NCBI GenBank assembly: GCA_947632735.1
Contig: CANRQG010000001.1
Span: forward strand, 3,903-67,902
From: an uncultured Bacilli bacterium
Lineage (GTDB): Bacteria; Bacillota_I; Bacilli_A; RF39; UBA660
Reading direction: 5' to 3'
Length of the DNA: 64,000 bases
A program made the position numbers and the translations under genes. A model generated the notes under the pieces. The model was not told the origin of the DNA and ran no database searches. It saw nothing but the letters and a program-made list of their open reading frames with translations. Below are positions 19,901 through 29,393 of this stretch, piece by piece; the stretch's first letter is position 1; every line of letters starts with the position of its first letter.

Positions 19901-21274
19901 TTGAAAAAATATAATATACTTTTTGCTAGCCATCCAGATTATTCTGGTAATTCCAAAGCTTTATATGAATATATGAAAGCTAATTTTCCTGAGTCCAATT
20001 TGTATTGGGTTATCTATGATGATAGTAACTACGATTTACTAAAGAAAAACAATGTTGAATGCTACGTTTACGGTAGTGCTGAATTTACAAAATTGTTTGA
20101 GACAATTGATATTGTCTTCTTTACTCACGATGAATTAATTGATATGAAAAGACCTAATCAAGTATTTATATTTCTACTCCACGGCTGTGCAGGAAAAAAA
20201 TTCGGCTATCTTTTAGAAAAAGAGCAAAGAGCTCCTCAAGACGAGAAGTTCTTAGAATTAATGAAAAACAATATTGATTATGTTATGAGTCCTTCTGAGC
20301 TATGGAATATTTTATTACACTATGGTTTTGATATAGCTTATGAAAAAATTATTCAAAAAGGTATGCCACGAATTGATTATATTCATTCTACTGATGGTAA
20401 AGCAAATTTAAAAAAATGTGGTATAGATGTTTATTCATACGATAAAGTTTTTATGTATTTACCAACTTTTAGAAATGGTTTAGGAAGAGAAAATGATGGC
20501 TATTTTTCAGATAATATTTTAAATATAGATAAATATGAAGAAGATAAATTAGAACAATTTTTAGAAGATAATAACTATCTTTTCATTGTAAAATATCACC
20601 CTTATGAAACCAATAAAAAAGATATAACTAATTTTAAAAACATCGTTGTTTTAGATGATTCTATTATGACTAAAAACTTAATAACATTAACAGAAATTAT
20701 CAATGGTGTTGATTTAATAGTTACCGATTATTCTTCTGCCTTTAGCGAATTTTTAATTTTAGATAGACCTGTTTGCTTTTTACAAAATGATATTAAGATG
20801 TTTAAGAAAAATAGAGGAATAACTTTTGACAATGTTAAATTTTGGAGTCCTGGACCTTTTATAAAGAATTTTAATGATTTTAAAATAGAAACAAAGAAAT
20901 TAATAGAAGATAAAAGTTATTATCAAGAAGAAAGACAAAACTATGTCAACATTAATTTTTCAACCAACACTAAAAACTGCTCATCAGATATTGTTGATTA
21001 CCTATTTAAGAAAAAAAATATTGATAAGGTAATGACTAAGAAAAGAGATGTTGTTGACTCTAAGTTATTACAGTTATATGATGAAAATTTAAAATTAAAA
21101 AATATCATTGAAAAGAATGAATGGAATAGACTACAGGAAGAAAATAAAATGCTTGATAGTGAATTAAGAGATTTAAAAGATAGAGTATATAAAAGTGAAA
21201 CTAAATTAAAAGAAATATACTCATATAGATTATGGAAAGTATTTGAAAAAATTCAAAAAATTATCCATCGATAA
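19901..21274 (+). CDS. CDP-glycerol glycerophosphotransferase family protein (TagB/TagF-like) with a C-terminal coiled-coil
   Basis: Family pattern ...MYLPTFR... and ...VTDYSSAFSEFLILDRP; TTG start. Confidence 0.6.
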   Translation: MKKYNILFASHPDYSGNSKALYEYMKANFPESNLYWVIYDDSNYDLLKKNNVECYVYGSAEFTKLFETIDIVFFTHDELIDMKRPNQVFIFLLHGCAGKKFGYLLEKEQRAPQDEKFLELMKNNIDYVMSPSELWNILLHYGFDIAYEKIIQKGMPRIDYIHSTDGKANLKKCGIDVYSYDKVFMYLPTFRNGLGRENDGYFSDNILNIDKYEEDKLEQFLEDNNYLFIVKYHPYETNKKDITNFKNIVVLDDSIMTKNLITLTEIINGVDLIVTDYSSAFSEFLILDRPVCFLQNDIKMFKKNRGITFDNVKFWSPGPFIKNFNDFKIETKKLIEDKSYYQEERQNYVNINFSTNTKNCSSDIVDYLFKKKNIDKVMTKKRDVVDSKLLQLYDENLKLKNIIEKNEWNRLQEENKMLDSELRDLKDRVYKSETKLKEIYSYRLWKVFEKIQKIIHR

Positions 21275-21289
21275 TACTTAAAGTAAGTG

Positions 21290-21412
21290 TGGTTAAAAGT
21301 ATTTTTACAAAATCCTAAAGAATATGTTATTTCTTATTTATATACTACAATTGGTTATTGGGATATGAATAAATCTGCTTTTTTCGTCTACACTCAAGGC
21401 CAGGTCTAGAAA
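21290..21412 (+). pseudogene. Remnant of a paralog of the downstream GT-C-like membrane protein gene
   Basis: Translates to ...NPKEYVISYLYTTIGYWDMNKSAFFVYTQGQV*. This resembles residues ...HPSIAVEAYLISTLGYWYPGVSYNSVCFGIVED of the 21459 ORF. Confidence 0.35.
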
Positions 21413-21458
21413 AAAGAGATAAAGGCTATAAGTAAGATAATAATTAATGGGGGATGTT

Positions 21459-23234
21459 ATGAAAAGTTTACAAAAATATCTAAAAAATACAAAAATATTA
21501 AATATCTTAATGGCTCTAATATGCTATATTTCTATATGCTCATTAGGGATACTTAAAGCCTATGATACAATATCTTGGCTCATTTTAGTCATTCTAATTT
21601 TACTATTTTCTAAAACTAATTTAGAAAACAAAGTTATGAAAAAAGAAATTATAATCTTATCTATTATTTTTTCCTTTATAACAGTGTTTGGTAATGTCGT
21701 AAATAATTCAATATATAATATTGATAGCAGTGTCTTTAGAGAGTTTTTTCACCTTACCAATGTTGTCCATTTAATAGGTGCTTTTAATTTAATATTTGTT
21801 GTTTTAACAAATTTATTACCAAAATTATATAATTATTCAGCTACTACTAAGAAAAGTATCTTTAAAAATAATAAAATAATTTTTATTAGTTGTCTTCTCA
21901 TAATGCTTCTTTGCTGGCTTCCATATTTTTTAAGCTTTTATCCTGGCAACTTATCACCTGATTCTATAACTGAGTTAACTACTGTTATAAATAATTTTAC
22001 AAACGCATCAGACCATCATCCAATAATTCATATGATTTTTATTGCCATACCATATAAATTAATGTTTTCACTTACAAAGAATATGATAATAAGTATTGCT
22101 TTTTCAACCATTATCCAAATGCTAGTAATGGCTTCTATCTTTTCCTCATTAATTGTCTTTTTACATAATAGAAAAGTAAAAGATAAGCTACTAATATTTA
22201 TACTTATTTATTATGCTATACTTCCTGTTTTTGGCTATTATAGTGTTGTAATGTGGAAAGATGTAATTTTCTCTGGACTAGTATTATTACTTATAATGGA
22301 ATTAATTAAAATAATAGAAAAAGATAATAAAAATAATCTTCATTTTCATCAGCTAATACCTTTTATTATTGTTTCAATTCTTTGCATCTTTTTTAGAAGT
22401 AACGCTATTTATATGTACTTCTTACTAGTCATTTTTACTTTTATTTTTATGAAAAAACATATAAAGATATTTATAGGAGCTTTTTGTATCGTTTTCTCAG
22501 TATATTATATTATAAAAGGACCAGTATTTAATGCTTTAAATATTACTAAGTCATCCTCATCTGAATATATAGCTATACCAATGCAACAAATTGGTAGAAT
22601 GGCTTATAAAAAAGTTAATTTTACAAATAAAGAGAAGAAAAAATTAGAAAAAATAATGAGCATTGAAGACTTGGCTAAAGCTTATAACCCAATAACATCT
22701 GATGGTATTAAATTCAATAGCAATTATAACGCCAAAGCCTTTGACGAGAATAAAGGAAAATACTTTAAGTTATGGCTAAATCTAGTCAAAAAACATCCAA
22801 GTATTGCGGTTGAAGCTTATCTTATTAGTACACTAGGATATTGGTATCCAGGCGTTTCTTATAATAGTGTCTGCTTTGGTATTGTTGAAGATAATATTTA
22901 TGGTCTAAAAAATCGCCCAAAATTGGGAAATGATGTTTTAAATGTTTTATATAAATTAGAAAGTAGAGATACCCCAATTTTAAATATAGAGTGGAGTATA
23001 GGACTTTGCTTTTGGCTAATTCTCATTTTCTCCCTTTTAGCTTGTAAAAAAATTGATAAGAAATCTTTATACTTATATGTTCCTATTTTTGGTCTATGGT
23101 TAACAATGATGGTTGCGGCTCCAGTATATGCTGAATTTAGATATGTATATAGTGCCTTTATCTGCCTACCACTATTTATGGTAATACCATATCTTAATCT
23201 AAAAAAATATGATATAATGAAAACAAGGAGTTAG
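21459..23234 (+). CDS. Large polytopic membrane protein, possible GT-C-fold polyprenyl-phosphate-sugar-dependent glycosyltransferase (GtrC/YfhO-like partner of the downstream GtrB-like synthase)
   Basis: 590 aa, more than 12 predicted TM helices, no soluble catalytic motif, positioned directly upstream of a GtrB-like gene. Confidence 0.35.
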   Translation: MKSLQKYLKNTKILNILMALICYISICSLGILKAYDTISWLILVILILLFSKTNLENKVMKKEIIILSIIFSFITVFGNVVNNSIYNIDSSVFREFFHLTNVVHLIGAFNLIFVVLTNLLPKLYNYSATTKKSIFKNNKIIFISCLLIMLLCWLPYFLSFYPGNLSPDSITELTTVINNFTNASDHHPIIHMIFIAIPYKLMFSLTKNMIISIAFSTIIQMLVMASIFSSLIVFLHNRKVKDKLLIFILIYYAILPVFGYYSVVMWKDVIFSGLVLLLIMELIKIIEKDNKNNLHFHQLIPFIIVSILCIFFRSNAIYMYFLLVIFTFIFMKKHIKIFIGAFCIVFSVYYIIKGPVFNALNITKSSSSEYIAIPMQQIGRMAYKKVNFTNKEKKKLEKIMSIEDLAKAYNPITSDGIKFNSNYNAKAFDENKGKYFKLWLNLVKKHPSIAVEAYLISTLGYWYPGVSYNSVCFGIVEDNIYGLKNRPKLGNDVLNVLYKLESRDTPILNIEWSIGLCFWLILIFSLLACKKIDKKSLYLYVPIFGLWLTMMVAAPVYAEFRYVYSAFICLPLFMVIPYLNLKKYDIMKTRS

Positions 23235-23237
23235 AAG

Positions 23238-24176
23238 ATGAAAAAAGAAGATAAGAAAATAGCGGTTTTGATACCGTGCTATAATGAAGCAAAGACAATA
23301 GAAAAAGTCGTAAAAGATTATAAAAAGGTTTTACCTGAAGCCGATATTTATGTCTACGATAATAATAGCACAGACGGTACTGATGAAATTGCTAAAAAAG
23401 TCGGTGCAATTGTTAGATATGAGTACAGACAGGGAAAAGGTAATGTAATAAGAAGTATGTTTAAAGACATTGATGCTGATTGTTACCTTATGATAGATGG
23501 TGATGATACTTATCCTAAAGAAAATGCTAGAGAAATGTGTGAGCTTGTTCTAAATAAAGGTGCCGATATGGTAATAGGTGATAGATTATCTTCTACTTAT
23601 TTTACAGAAAATAAAAGACTATTTCATAATATGGGAAATAAAGTTGTTAGAACATTAATCAATTCACTATTTAAAGGTCATATAAATGATATTATGACCG
23701 GCTACAGAGCCTTTAGTTATGAATTTGTTAAAACCTTTCCAATATTATCTAAAGGTTTTGAAATAGAAAATGAAATGACTATCCACGCTCTTGACAAAAA
23801 TATGCATATTGAAGAAATACCTGTTCAGTACAGAGATAGACCGTCAGGGTCAGAGTCAAAATTAAATACTTATAGTGATGGTTTTAAAGTTTTAAAAACT
23901 ATTGCCAGATTATTCAAAGAATATAAACCAATGATATTCTTTGGAATAATAAGTTTATTATTTTTTATAATATCAATATGTTTTGGTGTACCTGTCTTTC
24001 ACGATTATTTTAAAACAGGTATAGTCGAAAGATTTCCTACTTTAATTTTTGCGGGTTTTATGTTAATGGTTTCCCTAATAACTTTATCCTGTGGAATTAT
24101 CCTAGAAGTAGTCGCAAAAAAACATCGTCAATTGTTTGAATTAGTATTAGTTAATACAAAACGAAAAGAAGATTAA
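23238..24176 (+). CDS. GtrB/DPM1-like polyprenyl-phosphate sugar synthase (third paralog)
   Basis: IAVLIPCYNEAKTI...DNNSTDGTDE...IDGDDTYP, C-terminal TM pair. Confidence 0.7.
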   Translation: MKKEDKKIAVLIPCYNEAKTIEKVVKDYKKVLPEADIYVYDNNSTDGTDEIAKKVGAIVRYEYRQGKGNVIRSMFKDIDADCYLMIDGDDTYPKENAREMCELVLNKGADMVIGDRLSSTYFTENKRLFHNMGNKVVRTLINSLFKGHINDIMTGYRAFSYEFVKTFPILSKGFEIENEMTIHALDKNMHIEEIPVQYRDRPSGSESKLNTYSDGFKVLKTIARLFKEYKPMIFFGIISLLFFIISICFGVPVFHDYFKTGIVERFPTLIFAGFMLMVSLITLSCGIILEVVAKKHRQLFELVLVNTKRKED

Positions 24177-24216
24177 AAAAACTTGGTTCATAACTTCCAA
24201 GTTTTTTTTCTCTTCA
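24177..24216. terminator. Bidirectional terminator
   Basis: AACTTGG-ttcataactt-CCAAGTT with a T8 run. Confidence 0.5.
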
Positions 24217-25338
24217 TTAGAAATTAGCGACATAATTAGAAATTCTCTGCGAAAGTTTTTGATATGCTTTTGTTTTGGTAACCACTTTAGCAAGTACTTG
24301 CCTAATATACTCAACAATTGCGGATAATATAAAGACTACTATAGAAAAACAAAACATCTCTGGAATAACACTTATATTCCCAGCAATAGGTAATCTATTA
24401 AATATGTATTGAACTAAAAAGTTGTTTTCGTGAACTAGATATATTCCAAATGTTAAAGAACTAACTTTATTTATAAATTTACTCTTAAAATTAAATGTTT
24501 CAAATAATAGTAGATATAGTATGCTTTCTATTATTATTACTGGTGAAATATAATCAATTAACTTTAAACCGAATAGATACCTTATATAGTCTAATATTTC
24601 TAAATTAGAAGTAGAAAAGTAATCAGATATAATTTTAGGTATAATGGACATAAATAAAGAGAAAATAAATAAGACTATAATAATAAATTGATATTTATTT
24701 TTAGAATAGCGTTTAAAATGATAATTATCTTTTAACTTATATTTACCAAAGTATGCTCCGATAATATAAAGCATAACGAAAGTTTGAATAGTATAACCAT
24801 TATTAACTAACGTTTGATTTAAAGTTACCGTTGGAACAACTGATAACATAATAAATAGTAAAATAGCTAGATACTTATGCTGTTTTTGACTTAAAACTTG
24901 TATTAATTTGTTTAAAAAAGGTGACAGCAAATATAAAAATAAATACATATTTATAAACCAATAAAATTCGCCGTGACCATAATTAAAATTAAAGGGTTGA
25001 AAGAAAAATAACATTTCCGTTATAGAAATTTTTGCCATACCAGTTGCTCCAAAAATAATAGCGTATAATAATTTATAAAACCACGTTATTAATATTAATG
25101 ATATAACTTTTTTAACTTTAAATTTTTTATTGTACTGAAAGTACCCGGATACTAAAACAAACGAGTTTACGTGTATTGACATAATTATATAGATAAAATG
25201 TATAAAAGTATTTAAACTACCCGTTGTTTTATTTAATAAACTACCGTGAAAAATAAAGTGCCACATTATAATCAAAAACATTGACACAATACGCATTAAT
25301 TCAAAATTAGAGTTTCTCTCAAGTTTTTTTTCTTTCAT
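24217..25338 (-). CDS. Acyltransferase family 3 (OatA/WecH-like membrane O-acyltransferase)
   Basis: Begins NFELMRIVSMFLIIMWHF, the canonical Acyl_transf_3 start. Ten TM helices. Confidence 0.7.
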   Translation of the reverse strand: MKEKKLERNSNFELMRIVSMFLIIMWHFIFHGSLLNKTTGSLNTFIHFIYIIMSIHVNSFVLVSGYFQYNKKFKVKKVISLILITWFYKLLYAIIFGATGMAKISITEMLFFFQPFNFNYGHGEFYWFINMYLFLYLLSPFLNKLIQVLSQKQHKYLAILLFIMLSVVPTVTLNQTLVNNGYTIQTFVMLYIIGAYFGKYKLKDNYHFKRYSKNKYQFIIIVLFIFSLFMSIIPKIISDYFSTSNLEILDYIRYLFGLKLIDYISPVIIIESILYLLLFETFNFKSKFINKVSSLTFGIYLVHENNFLVQYIFNRLPIAGNISVIPEMFCFSIVVFILSAIVEYIRQVLAKVVTKTKAYQKLSQRISNYVANF

Positions 25339-25484
25339 AAATATCCCCCTGAATGATTATGACTTTATATAAGTATAACATAATTTTAAAAATTAACAAA
25401 GAAATTATCTTTTTTTCTTGACTAGTATTTTTATAAAAAAATGTTTATAATAGAAATGAAAAGAAAAAACAAGAGGTGATTAAT

Positions 25485-26411
25485 ATGCGCAAATGTGTAA
25501 TAATTATGAACCCAGCTAGTGGCAAAAAAAGAAAAGTTAATAATTATAAAGACTTTTATGACATTTTACGAAAGTATGGCTATGATGCAGAAATAATTTA
25601 TACTAAAGCCAAAAATGACGCTACTAGAATTATTAAAGAACTAGATGATGATATCGATTTAGTAATTAGTGCTGGTGGTGATGGCACACTAAATGAAATA
25701 GTAACAGGTAATTCAAGCCGTCTAAAAAAATTATTATTAGCTGATTTACCTATGGGAACTACAAATGATGTTGGAAAAATGTATGGCTTAAATAAAAGTG
25801 TTTATCAAAATCTAGAAAAAATTTTAAAAGGTCGTCCAAAAGATATTGATGTTTGTTATATAAATAATACACCTTTTATTTATGTTGCTTGTTTAGGTGA
25901 CTACATTGATATGGCTTATAATACCCCACGTGAACTAAAAAAGAAATACGGTAAGGTAGCCTATATTATGTATGGTTTAAAGCAACTACGAAATAAAATT
26001 AATTGCTATGATGTAAGATATAAAGTAGATGGACAAACCTATGAGGGAAAATATTCCTTTATCTTTATAACAAATTCCTCAAGAGTAGCCGGAGTACCAG
26101 ATATTTATTATGACATAAAGCTTGATGATAATATGTTTGAAGTTGCCTTAGCAGATGTTAAGACTAAAAAGGATATGTTAAAAATGCTTGTCCTAGTTAA
26201 TACAATGGATGTTAAAGATATTCCAGGAATTACTTACTACCAAACTGCTAATTTTGAAATTGAATTTTTAACAGGTCCAAAAACCTCTTGGTGTATTGAC
26301 GGTGAAGAGTATAGGACAACAACCAAAAAGTTTCGTTTTAAAGTAAAGCAAAATATGAAAATGCTTATGCCAAAAGAAAGAATAAAAAAATTATTTCGCT
26401 ATGAAGATTAA
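25485..26411 (+). CDS. Diacylglycerol/lipid kinase family protein (DagK/YegS-like)
   Basis: CVIIMNPASGKK...GGDGTLNE catalytic-domain motifs. Confidence 0.7.
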   Translation: MRKCVIIMNPASGKKRKVNNYKDFYDILRKYGYDAEIIYTKAKNDATRIIKELDDDIDLVISAGGDGTLNEIVTGNSSRLKKLLLADLPMGTTNDVGKMYGLNKSVYQNLEKILKGRPKDIDVCYINNTPFIYVACLGDYIDMAYNTPRELKKKYGKVAYIMYGLKQLRNKINCYDVRYKVDGQTYEGKYSFIFITNSSRVAGVPDIYYDIKLDDNMFEVALADVKTKKDMLKMLVLVNTMDVKDIPGITYYQTANFEIEFLTGPKTSWCIDGEEYRTTTKKFRFKVKQNMKMLMPKERIKKLFRYED

Positions 26412-26450
26412 AAATATGAAAATTTTAAAAAATTCATATTTTTTTAATTT
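26411..26450 (+). terminator. Rho-independent terminator
   Basis: AAAAATATGAA-aattttaaaaaa-TTCATATTTTTTT. Confidence 0.5.
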
Positions 26451-26507
26451 AAAAGCAAATTTTTTGATAATAATATAGTAAAGAAAAAAATATTAAGGTG
26501 GTGGTGT

Positions 26508-27359
26508 ATGAATTCACAATTTTTAACTTCTAAATATGATATCGTTTTTAAAACTATTTTTTGTGATGAAGATAATCATTTTTTAATGACGAAGCTTCTT
26601 GAAGATATTTTAAAGATTAAAGTCAAAACAATAACGTTTTTAAATAAAGAGTTAGAAGTAAAGTTTCTTAAAGAAAGGCGTAAGATAGTTGACTCTCTAG
26701 TATTAGTTAATGATAAACTTTATGTTCAATTGGAAGTAAATTCTTCTATGGGAAAAGAAATATATTCAAGAAATTTTTGCTTTTTTTCTAATATAATCTC
26801 AACTAAGACAGTAAAAGCTGAAAATTATAGTTTAGACGAAGAGTTTATTCATATTGATTTAAGTTATCGTCTAGGTAAAAAAAGAAAAGTAATAGAAGAG
26901 TATAAAGTAAGAAATAAAGAAGCTATGAGAAATTATGTAGAGAATGTAAAATTAATAGAAATAAATATGGACAAAATTTTAAACATTTGGTATACTAAAG
27001 ATGAAAAACAAATAGAGAAGTATAAATATTTAATAATGTTATGCTTGAATAGAAAGAATTTAGAAAAACTAAGTAATAAATATAAAGGAGATAAGTATAT
27101 AATGAAATATCAAGAAAAAGTTACAAAATTAAATGAGAATGAACAATTTAGAAGATTAGTAAGTTATGAAGAAGACTTTAAGTTTCGAGAAAATACAGCT
27201 TACATAAATGGCGAGAAAAAGGGCCAGAAAAAGGGCATTAAACAGGGAATAGAAAAAGTTGCCCAAAATATGTTAAAAGATGGCTGTAGTGTTTCCTCAG
27301 TTGCGAAGTATACTAACTTATCAGAAAAAACTATCTCTGAGTTGCAATATTCTAAGTAA
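26508..27359 (+). CDS. Rpn-family recombination-promoting nuclease / putative transposase (PD-(D/E)XK, YhgA-like)
   Basis: N-terminus SKYDIVFKTIFCDEDNHFLMTKLLEDIL matches the characteristic D(I/P)VFK..F family start. C-terminal HTH-like tail. Confidence 0.45.
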   Translation: MNSQFLTSKYDIVFKTIFCDEDNHFLMTKLLEDILKIKVKTITFLNKELEVKFLKERRKIVDSLVLVNDKLYVQLEVNSSMGKEIYSRNFCFFSNIISTKTVKAENYSLDEEFIHIDLSYRLGKKRKVIEEYKVRNKEAMRNYVENVKLIEINMDKILNIWYTKDEKQIEKYKYLIMLCLNRKNLEKLSNKYKGDKYIMKYQEKVTKLNENEQFRRLVSYEEDFKFRENTAYINGEKKGQKKGIKQGIEKVAQNMLKDGCSVSSVAKYTNLSEKTISELQYSK

Positions 27360-27415
27360 TTTGATTTGTTAAAAAGGAAAAAAACACTTATAATAATACT
27401 AGGAGTTGATTTAAA

Positions 27416-28642
27416 GTGAATTTTTTAGAAATTAGTGAAAAAGAGTATCAAGCATTTTGGGAAAATCATCCTCTAAAAACCTTTTTGTCCGCAATAGAAA
27501 TAAGTAAATTGCGTGAAAAAAGTCATTGGGAAACCTACTATGTTGGCGTCAAAAACAAAAATAAACTAATTGCCGCTACAATGCTTTTTGGTAGAAAAAG
27601 TCATTTTAATAGATATGAATTTTACTCACCAAGAGGCTACTTACTTGATTTTAATGATTTAAACTTAGTGACTTTTTTTACTGAAGAATTAAAAAAATAT
27701 CTAAAAAAGAAAAAAGCCTATGTCTTTAGAGTTGACCCCTATCTAATTTATAAAGAAAGAGATATCGACGGTAATATAGTTGAAAATGGCATTGATAATT
27801 CTAAAGTAGTTGACCACCTAGAAAAAATAGGCTTTAAGAAAGTTCCAACTAAAGAAATGGAACAAGTAGGCTGGATGTTTTCTTTAGACTTAGCTGGCAA
27901 AACAGAAGAAGAAATTTTAAAAGAAATGAAACCTAATACTAGAAATACTATCCGTAAAACTGAAAAAATAGGTATTACCATTAAAGAATTAAAATACAAC
28001 GAATTACCTAGATTTCAAAATATTATGGAAGAAACAGGTAAAAGAAAAGACTTTGCAGTAAGAAAGTTAGACTATTTTCAAACAATGTATGAACTTTTTC
28101 ATAAAAAGGGTGAAGTTAAATATTACATAACAGAATTAGATTTAAAAAAATATCAAACTAATTTGCAAAAAGAAAAACAAGAAAAAGAAGAAAAACTACT
28201 TAGTTTAAGTGATGCTAAATACAATGATGGTCAAAAGAAAAACCTGAATCAAGAAATAGCTTCTTTAGAAAAAAGAATAAGAGAAGCTAATGAGATTAGA
28301 AAGAAAACTAACCAAGATGTAATCACTTTATCTGGCTCAATGTTTATGTTGATAAAACCAGAAGTAATTTACTTATCAAGTGGTAACTATGAAGAATATA
28401 TGAATTATAATTCCCAATATTTAATTCAATGGGAATTAATAAAGTATGGTATAAAGAATGGCTTTAAAAAACATAATTTTTATGGAATACCAGCTAATAT
28501 AAATGAACACCCTAAAGATTATGGCATTTATGAATTTAAAAGAGGCTTTAACGGCTATGTAGAAGAATTAATTGGTGAATTTGCTTTACCTATTTCTTGG
28601 CATTACAATTTATTTAAAATAATTCATAAAATAAAAAAATGA
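27416..28642 (+). CDS. FemAB-family peptidoglycan interpeptide-bridge aminoacyltransferase
   Basis: 408 aa with a central coiled-coil insertion. Start FLEISEKEYQAFWENHPLKTF is typical of FemX/FemA. Confidence 0.7.
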   Translation: MNFLEISEKEYQAFWENHPLKTFLSAIEISKLREKSHWETYYVGVKNKNKLIAATMLFGRKSHFNRYEFYSPRGYLLDFNDLNLVTFFTEELKKYLKKKKAYVFRVDPYLIYKERDIDGNIVENGIDNSKVVDHLEKIGFKKVPTKEMEQVGWMFSLDLAGKTEEEILKEMKPNTRNTIRKTEKIGITIKELKYNELPRFQNIMEETGKRKDFAVRKLDYFQTMYELFHKKGEVKYYITELDLKKYQTNLQKEKQEKEEKLLSLSDAKYNDGQKKNLNQEIASLEKRIREANEIRKKTNQDVITLSGSMFMLIKPEVIYLSSGNYEEYMNYNSQYLIQWELIKYGIKNGFKKHNFYGIPANINEHPKDYGIYEFKRGFNGYVEELIGEFALPISWHYNLFKIIHKIKK

Positions 28643-28646
28643 AAAG

Positions 28647-28961
28647 ATGGTAACTATGAAAATAATCACAATATGCGGTAGTATGCGATATACCAAGGAA
28701 ATGCTTTCCGTAGCGGAAAAAATAGAACTCGAAGGAAATGTCGTTTTATTACCTTTATATAATTCTTTTCAAAAGAAAAAAATCTATACTAAAGCTCAAT
28801 ATAAAGTATTAGAAGCCGTTCATAAAGAAAGAATTAAATTAGCCGAAACCATACTTGTCGTAAATATTGATAATTACATTGGTGAAAGTACCAACAAAGA
28901 AATAGAATTTGCTAAAAAATTAGGAAAAGAAATCATTTATTATACAGATTTAGAAAAATAA
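28647..28961 (+). CDS. Small hypothetical protein, possibly nucleoside 2-deoxyribosyltransferase-like
   Basis: ICGSMRY...VVLLP pattern only; weak. Confidence 0.25.
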   Translation: MVTMKIITICGSMRYTKEMLSVAEKIELEGNVVLLPLYNSFQKKKIYTKAQYKVLEAVHKERIKLAETILVVNIDNYIGESTNKEIEFAKKLGKEIIYYTDLEK

Positions 28962-28970
28962 TTTCTTTTT

Positions 28971-29030
28971 TTCTTGACATAAATTCTTCTATAATATAAT
29001 ATGAATATATGAACAATTATTCATATTATA
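28971..29030 (+). promoter_or_regulatory. Promoter plus ArsR/SmtB-type 12-2-12 operator upstream of the arsR-like gene
   Basis: TTGACA -35. ATATATGAACAATTATTCATATTAT fits the aATAxxTGAACAxxTATTCAxxTATt consensus of metal-sensing ArsR/SmtB operators. Confidence 0.5.
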
Positions 29031-29086
29031 TGGATGCTAGTCTGAAAAATTGTTTTTATGACTATAGTACCTAAAGAGAGGAAAGT

Positions 29087-29392
29087 GTGATTATAATGAA
29101 AATGCATAGTAAAGAACTGCTATATGGTTTAAGTGAATTTTATAAAATATTTGGTGACGAAACAAGATTACGTATCTTAGATGTTTTACTTAATAAGCCC
29201 TTATGTGTAAATGAAATAAGTGAAGCCCTAGATGTTTCCCAATCAGCTATTTCCCATCAATTAAAGAATTTGCGTTCATCAAACCTAGTTAAAACCGAAA
29301 AAATAGGTAAAAATGTTTATTATGCAATAAGTGATGAACATATAAAAGTAATTTTAAAGTATGGATTAGAACATATTTCTGAGGTGATGTAG
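29087..29392 (+). CDS. ArsR/SmtB-family metalloregulatory repressor (CadC/CzrA-like)
   Basis: LSEFYKIFGDETRLRILDVL...CVNEISEALDVSQSAISHQLKNLR. Confidence 0.8.
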   Translation: MIIMKMHSKELLYGLSEFYKIFGDETRLRILDVLLNKPLCVNEISEALDVSQSAISHQLKNLRSSNLVKTEKIGKNVYYAISDEHIKVILKYGLEHISEVM

Positions 29393-29393
29393 G

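Noticed and set aside
28647-28961. Calling the 104-aa ORF a nucleoside 2-deoxyribosyltransferase
   Set aside because: Only a short ICGSMRY-type resemblance. The protein is shorter than characterised family members, so it is kept as a low-confidence hypothetical.
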